Positions 9,127-17,763 of a stretch of DNA of 64,000 nt are shown here, in pieces. Source of the DNA: Patescibacteria group bacterium. GTDB lineage: Bacteria; Patescibacteriota; Patescibacteriia; Patescibacteriales; UBA12465. Under the pieces are notes generated by a model. It had not been told where the DNA came from, did no database searches, and was given only the letters and a program-made list of their open reading frames with translations. How positions within the stretch are numbered: position 1 is the first letter of the stretch; every line of letters begins with the position of its first letter. The stretch covers positions 41,326 to 105,325 of the forward strand of contig DATFJU010000031.1 of NCBI GenBank assembly GCA_035269015.1, given 5' to 3'. A program made the position numbers and the translations under genes.

Positions 9127-10233
9127 CTACTTATTTTCATTATTCTTTCTCCATCTTAAATAAGCTTCAATTAACTCTTCTAAATCACCATCTAAAACAT
9201 CTTCAACCTGATCAGTGCTATAGTTGGTTCTATGATCTTTTACCATCCTGTATGGTTGCAAAACGTAGGATCTAATTTGCTTACCCCAGACAGCTTGCTT
9301 TACCTTCCCTTTTAACTTCTCTTCTTTCTTCTCCCTTTCTTCTTCTTGCAATTGATTTAATTTAGACTTTAAAAGCCTAAGAGCTATTTCCTTATTTTGA
9401 TGTTGAGATCTTTCTGTTTGTGAAGCCACTGATATTTTAGTAGGTAAATGAACAATTCTTACAGCTGAATCAGTAGTGTTAACACTTTGACCCCCTGGTC
9501 CTGAAGACTTAAAGACATCAATACGTAAGTCTTCATCTTTAATTTCAAGATCTTCGTCTTGTTCTAGCTCAGGAATAACCTCTATTTTTACAAAAGAAGT
9601 ATGGCGCATACTCTCAGCATCAAAAGGTGATATTCTCACCAATCTATGCACTCCATTCTCACTCTTTAAAAAAGCATAAGCCCATCTACCCTCAACTTTA
9701 AAAACCTGACTTTTAATACCAGCTTCTTGCCCTGGATTATTCTCTATTATTTCAAGTTTTAAATTCTTTTTTTCACAAAACCGCATATACATACGAGAAA
9801 GCATCTGCGCAAAATCCTGGGCATCTACCCCACCAGTACCTGCATGTATAGAAACAATGGCACTATGTTTGTCATATTTTCCAGAAAATAAAAGCATAAA
9901 CTCCAGTTTTTCAAACTTTTCATCTAACTTGTGATAGGTGTCTAAGGAATCTTTATAGACAGAACTATCTTCTTCTTTATTTGCTACTGCTACAAATTTC
10001 TCTAAATCTTCTATCTCTTTTTCAATACCTTCCCATTTACCTACCTCTTCGTCTAAGCTTTCCGCTTCCTTACTTACCCTCACAGCCTCTTCGTTATCAG
10101 CCCAAAAACCAGGTTTTTTCATTTTATTCTCTAAGTCCCTTTTCTCTGTCTTTAAAGCTTCAATATCTAAAAGCTCTTTAGCTTCAATAACTTTTTGCCT
10201 TAAATCTTCAATTTGTTTTAAGAGGTTTTCCAT
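9127..10233 (-). CDS. prfB: Peptide chain release factor 2 (no programmed frameshift)
   Basis: RISPFD (SPF motif), GPGGQSVNTTDSAVR, QIRSYV; continuous ORF. Confidence 0.97.
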   Translation of the reverse strand: MENLLKQIEDLRQKVIEAKELLDIEALKTEKRDLENKMKKPGFWADNEEAVRVSKEAESLDEEVGKWEGIEKEIEDLEKFVAVANKEEDSSVYKDSLDTYHKLDEKFEKLEFMLLFSGKYDKHSAIVSIHAGTGGVDAQDFAQMLSRMYMRFCEKKNLKLEIIENNPGQEAGIKSQVFKVEGRWAYAFLKSENGVHRLVRISPFDAESMRHTSFVKIEVIPELEQDEDLEIKDEDLRIDVFKSSGPGGQSVNTTDSAVRIVHLPTKISVASQTERSQHQNKEIALRLLKSKLNQLQEEEREKKEEKLKGKVKQAVWGKQIRSYVLQPYRMVKDHRTNYSTDQVEDVLDGDLEELIEAYLRWRKNNENK

Positions 10234-10570
10234 TATTATACTTATTTTTATTATTGTTTAATTATAACATGATAATACAAATAATCTCAATTTATTTAAA
10301 TTCCCTGTAGTTTAAACTAGTTGTTACCTCTAACCTAAGTTTTTCACGTTACTAACTAAAAAGATAAACATAATCACTTTTCTTTATACTGTGAAAATTC
10401 TTCAGACTTTAAAGCTAATCCAGTTAAAAAATTTCCAAACTCACTTAGATTAACAACTTCTAATGATTATTTAAATTCAAACTATTTCTCATTTCATTTT
10501 TCCTTTTTAATTGCCACCGACATTTTTTCCTTTATTATCTCATATTTAACATACACAGAATTTTAATATA

Positions 10571-10599
10571 AAAAATCACACTAATATTAGCATGATTTT
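10571..10599 (-). terminator. Terminator-like hairpin closing the zeta-toxin locus
   Basis: Minus strand AAAAUCAUGCUAAUAUUAGUGUGAUUUUU, stem with G-U pairs and U-tract. Confidence 0.5.
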
Positions 10600-10648
10600 A
10601 TATATAACTATATGTAAGCTTTTATTTAATACTGATATAATGTAAAGA

Positions 10649-10813
10649 CTAATCAGAGCTACTATAATTTTTTAATACCTCAACACCACCATGTCTATTA
10701 ACCACATCTAATTGCTCTTTTGTGGCTCTATCAACGGCCTGTTTAACTATTTTTGCTTTTTCAGTTGTATTTAAACCAAAAAAATTATTATTATTTTTCA
10801 TTTTCTTTTTCAT
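10649..10813 (-). CDS. Unannotated 54-aa protein overlapping zeta toxin 3' end; candidate cognate antitoxin
   Basis: MKKKMKNNNNFFGLNTTEKAKIVKQAVDRATKEQLDVVNRHGGVEVLKNYSSSD*; alternative ATG at 10801; followed by terminator. Confidence 0.65.
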   Translation of the reverse strand: MKKKMKNNNNFFGLNTTEKAKIVKQAVDRATKEQLDVVNRHGGVEVLKNYSSSD

Positions 10814-11519
10814 ATATTAATTCATTTAGTGTTTTACGATTATATTTTAATTTTAAGTAATTGTCAATATTATCAATATTAAATTTAATATTTTTTGTTT
10901 TTGTATTACTTATATCTTTTTCAACCAACCAAACTTCAACTTTCTTTTTATATTCTTTTTTTATTATATTAACATTCAAAATTGATTTGAATAAAGAATT
11001 AATAAACATATCTTTCTTAATTTTCCTTCCCTCATCTCTTTCTCTAATTTTTGTAAAACCCCAAGCTATTAATGGATCCTGATAAACATAAACAATAAAT
11101 ATGTTTGCATTAATTTTTAAGGCTGATTTAATATTTTTTTGAACAACCCCAATAGAAGAAAAGGTTCCATCTATTATAGTGTGATATTTATTTTTTACAC
11201 AATTATCAAATAAAATTTCTATTCCTTTTATACAGCCTCTTTTATATTTATCTGAATTTTTACCATTATATCCTAGCGGTCTAAAAATATTTCTAATTTC
11301 ATCTGCATCAATCCTAACAATACCATTATTTAAACTTCTTTTTTCTAAAATTTTTATTAATTTTTGTGACCACTCAGTTTTACCTGCACCTGGAGCACCA
11401 GCCATAAAAATAAAAACTGGTTTATTATTTGATTTAATGTCGTCACTGATAAATTTTTTTATAATTTCTTTTTTATGTTTTTTTGCAAACCTAAAAGATT
11501 CATCACTTATATTATTCAT
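10791..11519 (-). CDS. Zeta-toxin family P-loop kinase
   Basis: FMAGAPGAGKT Walker A, RIDADEIR, IIDGTFS, YQDPLIAWGFTKIRE..EGR; likely start 11519. Confidence 0.88.
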   Translation of the reverse strand: MNNISDESFRFAKKHKKEIIKKFISDDIKSNNKPVFIFMAGAPGAGKTEWSQKLIKILEKRSLNNGIVRIDADEIRNIFRPLGYNGKNSDKYKRGCIKGIEILFDNCVKNKYHTIIDGTFSSIGVVQKNIKSALKINANIFIVYVYQDPLIAWGFTKIRERDEGRKIKKDMFINSLFKSILNVNIIKKEYKKKVEVWLVEKDISNTKTKNIKFNIDNIDNYLKLKYNRKTLNELIYEKENEK

Positions 11520-11525
11520 ATAACA

Positions 11526-11554
11526 ATTATAACAAAAATCAACAGCTCTCTCAA
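11526..11554 (-). promoter_or_regulatory. Sigma70 promoter for zeta toxin (apparently leaderless)
   Basis: TTGAGA-17 bp-TATAAT with extended TG; ATG begins after a 6-nt spacer. Confidence 0.6.
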
Positions 11555-11565
11555 CTGTTGATTTT
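11535..11565 (-). terminator. Terminator of alpha/rplM-rpsI operon
   Basis: 11-bp inverted repeat AAAATCAACAG/CTGTTGATTTT 23 nt after the rpsI stop, with U-tract. Confidence 0.65.
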
Positions 11566-11588
11566 ATAATATACAAATATGTATAATT

Positions 11589-12110
11589 TTAACGTTTACT
11601 CCATTGCGGTCTCTTTCTAGCTTTTCTAAGACCTGGTTTCTTTCTTTCTTTCTTTCTAGAATCTCTAGTTAACCAGCTTTGAACTTTAAAGACTTCTCTT
11701 AAACCTTCATCTAAACTAAGCAAGGCTCTAGCTACACCATGTCTAATTGCTTCAACTTGAGCTTGTACTCCTCCACCTTTTACTATTATAGAAATATCAA
11801 AATCTTTAAGACGATTAGCTTCTTTAAGAGGCTCTAAAGCAATGTTATGTTTATCTGCTGGAAAATATTCTTTAATCTTTTTGCCATTAACAAAAACTAA
11901 ACCTTTACCTTTTTCATGAAGTCTTACTTGAGCTACAGCTGTTTTTCTTCTCCCTACAGCTCTAGTATATTTACCAGAAAAATTAGCATCCTCTATTTTA
12001 TCTACTTTCTTTTCTACTTTCTTTTCTTCCTTTTTTTCTGCTTTTTCCTCAACTTTATCTGTCTTAGCTGTGCTTTTTTCTTTACTTGTTGTTTTACTTG
12101 CGCTAGGCAT
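11589..12110 (-). CDS. rpsI: 30S ribosomal protein uS9 with K/E-rich N-terminal extension
   Basis: VGRRKTAVAQVRL, VKGGG, LTRDSRKKERKKPGLRKARKRPQWSKR. Confidence 0.98.
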   Translation of the reverse strand: MPSASKTTSKEKSTAKTDKVEEKAEKKEEKKVEKKVDKIEDANFSGKYTRAVGRRKTAVAQVRLHEKGKGLVFVNGKKIKEYFPADKHNIALEPLKEANRLKDFDISIIVKGGGVQAQVEAIRHGVARALLSLDEGLREVFKVQSWLTRDSRKKERKKPGLRKARKRPQWSKR

Positions 12111-12113
12111 ATT

Positions 12114-12470
12114 TTATTGAATAATTAATCTTTTTAACATTTCTTTTCTAAATTTTACTGGAGGAAGCATTTCTCTAACAGCTCTTTGTAGTACTTCAGC
12201 TGGGTTTTTCTCATATACTTCACCCATAGTTTTTTCTTTAAGACCTCCTGGATAGCCAGAATATCTAAAATACTTTTTTTGATCTAATTTTTTTCCACTA
12301 AATCTCAACTTATCAATATTTTTTACCTCTACCACATCACCACAATCTAAATTAGGTTCGAATTCAACCTTATTTTTTCCACGGAGTAAGGTAGCAATAT
12401 CAGTAGCAATTATTCCTAAAACTTTATCTGTAGCATCTATAGTATATTTTTGTCTTGTTATTTTTTTCAT
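12114..12470 (-). CDS. rplM: 50S ribosomal protein uL13 (short, 118 aa)
   Basis: IDATDKVLG, LRGKNK, DCGDVV, YSGYPGGLK, AVREMLP. Confidence 0.96.
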   Translation of the reverse strand: MKKITRQKYTIDATDKVLGIIATDIATLLRGKNKVEFEPNLDCGDVVEVKNIDKLRFSGKKLDQKKYFRYSGYPGGLKEKTMGEVYEKNPAEVLQRAVREMLPPVKFRKEMLKRLIIQ

Positions 12471-12475
12471 ATAAA

Positions 12476-12826
12476 TTATACTAATTCAATTTGTACTATC
12501 TTTGCACCATCGCCTGAACGAGTGCCTAATTTTATAATACGAGTATACCCGCCTTGCCTATCTTTATATCTATCAGCTAGAACTTCCATAGCTTTTCTAA
12601 TAGCTAACTTCTGAGGTAGTGAACTGATAAGTTTTCTTCTGGCGCTTAAATCTTGCTTTTTAGAAACAGTAATTAATTTTTCCACTAAAGGTTTAACAGC
12701 TTTAGCTTTAGCTTCAGTAGTTTTAACTTTTTCATACATTAAAATACTAGATGCTAGATTATTTAGCATAGCTTCTCTTGGTGCTTTTTTCCTGTCTAGG
12801 ATTACTCCTTTATTTCTATGTCTCAT
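12476..12826 (-). CDS. rplQ: 50S ribosomal protein bL17
   Basis: MRHR, KTTEAKAK, RQGGYTRIIK, RSGDGA. Confidence 0.98.
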   Translation of the reverse strand: MRHRNKGVILDRKKAPREAMLNNLASSILMYEKVKTTEAKAKAVKPLVEKLITVSKKQDLSARRKLISSLPQKLAIRKAMEVLADRYKDRQGGYTRIIKLGTRSGDGAKIVQIELV

Positions 12827-12835
12827 ATTAATATA

Positions 12836-13594
12836 TTATTTTTTGTCTTTCTTATTTTCTTCGCTCTTTTTAGAGCTATCCTTACTAGTACTTTTTTTAG
12901 CTTCTTTTTCTTTTGGTAGTAATGAACTAAATTGATTAACTAAAATATTAACTGAATCATTAAAGGCTTCTTCAAAGCTCATAGTTCCGTCAGTAGTAAT
13001 ATCCAAAACAAGTTTATCCCAGTTAGTCATCTTACCAACACGCACATTTTCTACTTTTAAACTTACCTCTACAACAGGAGAAAAAACTGAATCAATTTCT
13101 AAATATCCTAAATCTTTAGCTTCTTTTTTATTAGTTTCAGTTAACTTATAACCTCTACCAGCACTAACTATTATTTCCATGTCTAAACTACCTTTAGCAT
13201 CTGTAATTTCAGCAATCTTTAAATCAGAGTTAATAATTTCTACATCACTGTTTTTTTCAATATCTTTAGCAGTAACTTTCTTTTTTCCACTAACATGAAG
13301 CTCTAATTTAATCTCTTCATCAGAATGAACTTTTAATCTTAACTCTTTTAAGTTTAAAATAATCTCTAATACATCTTCTTGAATATTAGGTAATGCCATA
13401 AATTCATGATCCGCTCCTTTTATTTTAACACCAATAACTGCAGCACCTGGAAGTGAAGAAAGAAGAACCCTGCGAAGCGAATTACCCAGTGTCATGCCAT
13501 AACCAATATATAAAGGTTCGATACTTACATGCCCTGAATTGGCACTATCACCTTTTTTAAAATCAATTTTGTTTGGTAAGGCAATATTTTCCAT
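12836..13594 (-). CDS. rpoA: RNA polymerase alpha subunit, lacking C-terminal domain
   Basis: EPLYIGYGMTLGNSLRRVLLSSLPGAA, IDSVFSPV, VENVRVG; ends in a ~25-aa K/S/E tail at 252 aa. Confidence 0.96.
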   Translation of the reverse strand: MENIALPNKIDFKKGDSANSGHVSIEPLYIGYGMTLGNSLRRVLLSSLPGAAVIGVKIKGADHEFMALPNIQEDVLEIILNLKELRLKVHSDEEIKLELHVSGKKKVTAKDIEKNSDVEIINSDLKIAEITDAKGSLDMEIIVSAGRGYKLTETNKKEAKDLGYLEIDSVFSPVVEVSLKVENVRVGKMTNWDKLVLDITTDGTMSFEEAFNDSVNILVNQFSSLLPKEKEAKKSTSKDSSKKSEENKKDKK

Positions 13595-13614
13595 ATAATT
13601 TTAAAATTAGTTTA

Positions 13615-14220
13615 TTATTTAGAATAAAACTCTACAATAGCTCTAGTATCAATACTTTGATCTACGTCAGTTTCTGTCTTTGGTTCATGTAATACTTTAG
13701 CACTTAATGATTTAAGATCAAGATTTAACCAACCAGGAACTTTTTGCAAGTCTAATTCTTGTTTTATGATTTCAAAATATTTACTTTTTTGACTTTTTTC
13801 TTTTACAGTAATCTCATCCCCTTCTTTTACTTTAAATGAAGGTATATTTACTCTTCTACCATTTACTCTAATATGAGCATGATTAACAAGTTGTCTAGCT
13901 GCTGGTCTACTTTTAGCAAAACCTAGTCTATATATCACATTATCCAATCTTAATTCTAATAATTTCAATAAATTAAAACCAGCATCTCCATCTAATCTTT
14001 GAGCCTTGTTAAAAGTTAGTCTAAACTGCTTTTCTCTTAAATTATATATAACTTTAGCTTTTTGTTTTTGAGCTAACTGTTCTCCATAGTCACTTCTTCT
14101 ACCTCTACCTTTTGGTCCATGAAATCCAGGCGGATAATTACGCTTCACAAGTGGAGATTTATTTGAATCTGTTGTTTTAATGCCGTAGCGACGACAAATT
14201 TTGTTGCTATAAAAATTCAT
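13615..14220 (-). CDS. rpsD: 30S ribosomal protein uS4
   Basis: YPPGFHG, SDYGEQL, LELRLDNVIYRLGFA, ARQLVNH, IVEFYSK. Confidence 0.97.
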   Translation of the reverse strand: MNFYSNKICRRYGIKTTDSNKSPLVKRNYPPGFHGPKGRGRRSDYGEQLAQKQKAKVIYNLREKQFRLTFNKAQRLDGDAGFNLLKLLELRLDNVIYRLGFAKSRPAARQLVNHAHIRVNGRRVNIPSFKVKEGDEITVKEKSQKSKYFEIIKQELDLQKVPGWLNLDLKSLSAKVLHEPKTETDVDQSIDTRAIVEFYSK

Positions 14221-14232
14221 AAATTCTATAAA

Positions 14233-14931
14233 TTAAACTCTACGTGGTTTTTTAGGTCTACAACCATTGTGTGGTACAGCAGTAACATCTTTAATGGCTG
14301 TAACTTCAAGGCCATTAGCATTTAAAGCTCTGATTGCTGATTCCTTACCAGTCCCTACTCCAGAGGCAAATACTGCTACTTCTTTTAAGCCATACTCTTC
14401 TTTGGCTTTCATGGTAGCAATTTTAGTAATAATTTGAGCAGCATATGGAGTAGCTTTCTTTGGTCCTTTAAAACCAGCAACACCAGCACTTGCCCATGAT
14501 ATTACACCTCCTTGTAAATCGGTAAGAGTTACAATGGTATTATTGTATGTAGCTTTAATGAATGCTTTTCCTGTCTTTACTTGAGTTTGAGGACCTTTCT
14601 TTTTCTTCTTTTTCTGTTTTTTCTTATTAACCTTCTCTCTAGCTATTTTATTTTTCTCTAACTTTTCTTTAATTTCTTCTGGCAACTCTTCATCATCCGC
14701 GCTTGAAAAAATACTGCTTTCCTCTTCCTCCTCCTCTTCTTCAACTTTAGCTTTTTCTTCAGGTTTTTCCTTTTTAGCTTCTTTTTTAGCTTCTTTACTT
14801 ACTTTTTTTGTATCTTCTTTTTTTAAAACAGCTTTTATTTCTTTTTCATCCTCAAATTCGACTTCTTCAAGTTTAGAGTCTTCTTTGATTTCTTCTGTTT
14901 TTTTTGCTTTTTGAGCCTTATCTTCACTCAT
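14233..14931 (-). CDS. rpsK: 30S ribosomal protein uS11 with long charged N-terminal extension
   Basis: [37 protein letters not shown]. Confidence 0.96.
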   Translation of the reverse strand: MSEDKAQKAKKTEEIKEDSKLEEVEFEDEKEIKAVLKKEDTKKVSKEAKKEAKKEKPEEKAKVEEEEEEEESSIFSSADDEELPEEIKEKLEKNKIAREKVNKKKQKKKKKKGPQTQVKTGKAFIKATYNNTIVTLTDLQGGVISWASAGVAGFKGPKKATPYAAQIITKIATMKAKEEYGLKEVAVFASGVGTGKESAIRALNANGLEVTAIKDVTAVPHNGCRPKKPRRV

Positions 14932-14953
14932 ATTAAAAATTCAAATTACTAAA

Positions 14954-15352
14954 TTAAGTTTTTTGAGCCGTAGCATTGGTTTTACCTGAACCCATAGTCA
15001 AACGTTTATTACCTCTAGCTGTACGACTATTAGTTTTAGTTCTTTGCCCTCTAGTAGGTAATCTTTTTGCGTGACGAGAACCACGAACACTATCTATTTC
15101 TTTTAATCTTTTAATGTTTCCACCAATTTGTCTTCTTAAATCTCCTTCAACAGTATAATTCTTTTCAATATATTCACGAATCTTATTAGCATCAGCTTCT
15201 TTTAAATCTTTAACTCTAGTACTAGCATCTATTTTTACTTGTTCAACAATCTTTTGAGCTTCACTGAGTCCAATACCATAAATATAAGTTAATGCATATT
15301 CTATTTTTTTGTCACTGGGGATATTAATTCCAGCAATTCTTATATTAGCCAT
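14954..15352 (-). CDS. rpsM: 30S ribosomal protein uS13
   Basis: RIAGINIP, ALTYIYGIG, VEGDLRR, RGQRTKTNSRT. Confidence 0.98.
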   Translation of the reverse strand: MANIRIAGINIPSDKKIEYALTYIYGIGLSEAQKIVEQVKIDASTRVKDLKEADANKIREYIEKNYTVEGDLRRQIGGNIKRLKEIDSVRGSRHAKRLPTRGQRTKTNSRTARGNKRLTMGSGKTNATAQKT

Positions 15353-15363
15353 AAAATAATAAA

Positions 15364-15477
15364 TTAACCCTGTCTTTGCTTATGTTTAGGGGTTTTACAA
15401 ATAACATAAACACGGCCTTTACGTCTAACGACCTGGCAATATTTACACATCTTTTTTACACTTGCTCTTACTTTCAT
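15364..15477 (-). CDS. rpmJ: 50S ribosomal protein bL36
   Basis: Below ORF-track cutoff; [37 protein letters not shown]. Confidence 0.98.
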   Translation of the reverse strand: MKVRASVKKMCKYCQVVRRKGRVYVICKTPKHKQRQG

Positions 15478-15537
15478 AAAAAACTTTAATTTAAGCTTCT
15501 TCTAGATTTACTATATAGAAGCTATTTAATCAATTGA

Positions 15538-15792
15538 TTAAAGTCTATAAACTATCCTGCCCTTATTTAAGTCATAAGGACTGATTTCAAGTTTAACTTT
15601 ATCACCTGGTAACAATCTAATCTTGTTCATCCTCATCTTACCAGACAAATGAGCCATGATTTCATGACCATTTTCTAGAGCCACCTTAAAAGTAGTGGCA
15701 GGCATAAGCTCAAGCACTTCTCCTTCCATTTCTAAGAAGTCCTTTGAGTTTTGTACCTGTGATTGTTCTTTTAAATTTTTATTATTTTCCAT
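15538..15792 (-). CDS. infA: Translation initiation factor IF-1
   Basis: [48 protein letters not shown]; likely start 15792. Confidence 0.96.
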   Translation of the reverse strand: MENNKNLKEQSQVQNSKDFLEMEGEVLELMPATTFKVALENGHEIMAHLSGKMRMNKIRLLPGDKVKLEISPYDLNKGRIVYRL

Positions 15793-15878
15793 TAACACAA
15801 AAATTTGATAAAGAAAAAACATTACTTTATCAAACCATTTAGCAAAACAGATTGTCTCTGTTTATTAAATATAGGCTT

Positions 15879-15907
15879 ATTATATATACTAAATATATAC
15901 TTGTCAA
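15879..15907 (-). promoter_or_regulatory. Consensus sigma70 promoter of infA-alpha operon
   Basis: TTGACA (15907-15902), 17 bp, TATAAT (15884-15879). Confidence 0.8.
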
Positions 15908-15939
15908 GAGCCAAGCACTAAGGTGCTATAAATTAAATA

Positions 15940-17712
15940 TTATCCCTCTAATACAGCCTTTATTCTCCTAACCCCGGCACTACTACTTTCTTCTTTTTTA
16001 ATCTTAAATTTACCTAATTTTCCAGTATTTTCAACATGTGGTCCTCCACAAATTTCTCTAGAAAAGTAATTATCATTATCTCCTACTTGATAAACTTTAA
16101 CACGTTCTCCATATTTAGATTCAAAAACTCCCATAGCATTTTTAGCTCTTGCTTCCTCTAAAGTCATTTCTTCAAAAGTAACTGGCAAGTCTTGAGCTAT
16201 AATTTCATTTACTATTTCTTCCACTTCTTCTTTTTGTTCTGCTGTTAATTTTTCTAGATGAGAAAAATCAAAACGTAATCTTTCTGAAGTAATATTTGAC
16301 CCTCGTTGCTCAACATGATCACCTAAAACTTTTCTAAGAGCTGCTAACAATAAATGAGCAGCTGTATGAAGCTTAGTCGTTTCTTCACCACTGTCAGCTA
16401 AACCACCCTGAAACTTCCCAGCTGAAGCTGTGCGAGAAAGTGCTTGATGTTTAGCCATAGCATCTTGAAAATCCTTATCAAAATCTGAAGCTAAGTTAAG
16501 ATTTTTTTCTTTAGCTATTTCTTTAGTCATCTCTACTGGATAACCAAAGGTTTGAAAAATATTAAAAGCTTCTTCCCCGCTTATCTCATTTTTTATATTA
16601 TCAATTTGCTTAGCTCCAGCTTCTAAAGTGCTTAAAAACTTCTTCTCTTCTTTATCAATCTCTATAATAATAAAATCTTTATTCCTCTTTAACTCTTGAT
16701 AAACATCTTGATAATTATCTATAACAATTTCAGCTAAATCTTTAAAGCTATAATCAACCTCACTATTTAGTTGCCTCATATACCTTAAAGCTCTTCTAAT
16801 TAACTTTCTAAGTACATAACCTTGATCAGTATTAGATGGTGACACCGCTTTATCATCTCCTAAAATAAAAGTAGCCGCTCTAATATGATCAGCTATAATA
16901 CGTATCTCTTTAGTTCTGTCTTCATATTTAGCGCCTGTTAAATCTTCTATTTTTTCCACTATAGGCCAAAGTAATTCTGTTTTATAAACATCACTTAAAT
17001 TATTAAGCACTGCTAAGGTTCTCCCAAGTCCCATCCCGGTGTCTACATTATGTTGGGATAATTTACTGTAGCCATCACTATTCTTTTGATACTCCATAAA
17101 AACATTATTCCAAATCTCTATCCAACCCTCATCATCAGGATTAAACTTTAAAGGTGCTGGTTCTTCTTTAGACCAATAGAAAATTTCTGTATCCGGTCCA
17201 GCTGGAGAATTTTCACCTGATAGTTCCCACCAATTTTCTTTCTTATCTAATTTGGCAACTCTATCTTCTTTTAAGCCTAAGTTAAGCCAAGCCTCATAAG
17301 ACTCTTCATCAAAGGGAGCGTTCTCATCACCTTTAAAAACAGACACAGCAATCTTTTCTTTATCAAGTCCTAGCCATTCTTTTGAAACTAGAAATTCATA
17401 TGAATATTTTATTGCCTCTTCTTTAAAGTAATCGCCTAAAGACCAATTACCTAACATTTCAAAGAAAGTATTATGAGTATTATCACCAACCTCATCTATA
17501 TCACCTGTACGAATACATTTTTGAATGTTTACCAATCTTTTTCCACTAGCATGACTTTGCCCCAGTAAATATGGAACCAATGGGTGCATACCAGCAGTGG
17601 TAAAAAGTACTGTGGGATCATTTTCAGGTATAAGCGAAGCGCTACTTAACATACTATGATCTTTAGTTACAAAGAAGCTTAAATATTTATCTCTTAATTC
17701 TTTAGCTGTCAT
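15940..17712 (-). CDS. alaS: Alanine--tRNA ligase, short form without C-Ala domain
   Basis: DPTVLFTTAGM, HNTFFEMLGNWS, VDTGMGL, editing HTAAHLL and EICGGPHV. Confidence 0.96.
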   Translation of the reverse strand: MTAKELRDKYLSFFVTKDHSMLSSASLIPENDPTVLFTTAGMHPLVPYLLGQSHASGKRLVNIQKCIRTGDIDEVGDNTHNTFFEMLGNWSLGDYFKEEAIKYSYEFLVSKEWLGLDKEKIAVSVFKGDENAPFDEESYEAWLNLGLKEDRVAKLDKKENWWELSGENSPAGPDTEIFYWSKEEPAPLKFNPDDEGWIEIWNNVFMEYQKNSDGYSKLSQHNVDTGMGLGRTLAVLNNLSDVYKTELLWPIVEKIEDLTGAKYEDRTKEIRIIADHIRAATFILGDDKAVSPSNTDQGYVLRKLIRRALRYMRQLNSEVDYSFKDLAEIVIDNYQDVYQELKRNKDFIIIEIDKEEKKFLSTLEAGAKQIDNIKNEISGEEAFNIFQTFGYPVEMTKEIAKEKNLNLASDFDKDFQDAMAKHQALSRTASAGKFQGGLADSGEETTKLHTAAHLLLAALRKVLGDHVEQRGSNITSERLRFDFSHLEKLTAEQKEEVEEIVNEIIAQDLPVTFEEMTLEEARAKNAMGVFESKYGERVKVYQVGDNDNYFSREICGGPHVENTGKLGKFKIKKEESSSAGVRRIKAVLEG

Positions 17713-17763
17713 ATTTTAGTATATTTACTTTATTTAATTTATCTTTTTTATTTAATATTATAT

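Noticed and set aside
10300-10560. Coding-like minus-strand stretch between the zeta terminator and prfB (fragment SLEVVNLSEFGNFLTGLALKSEEFSQYKEK*)
   Set aside because: No start codon, multiple stops and no recognisable family; possibly a decayed gene, but unsupported.
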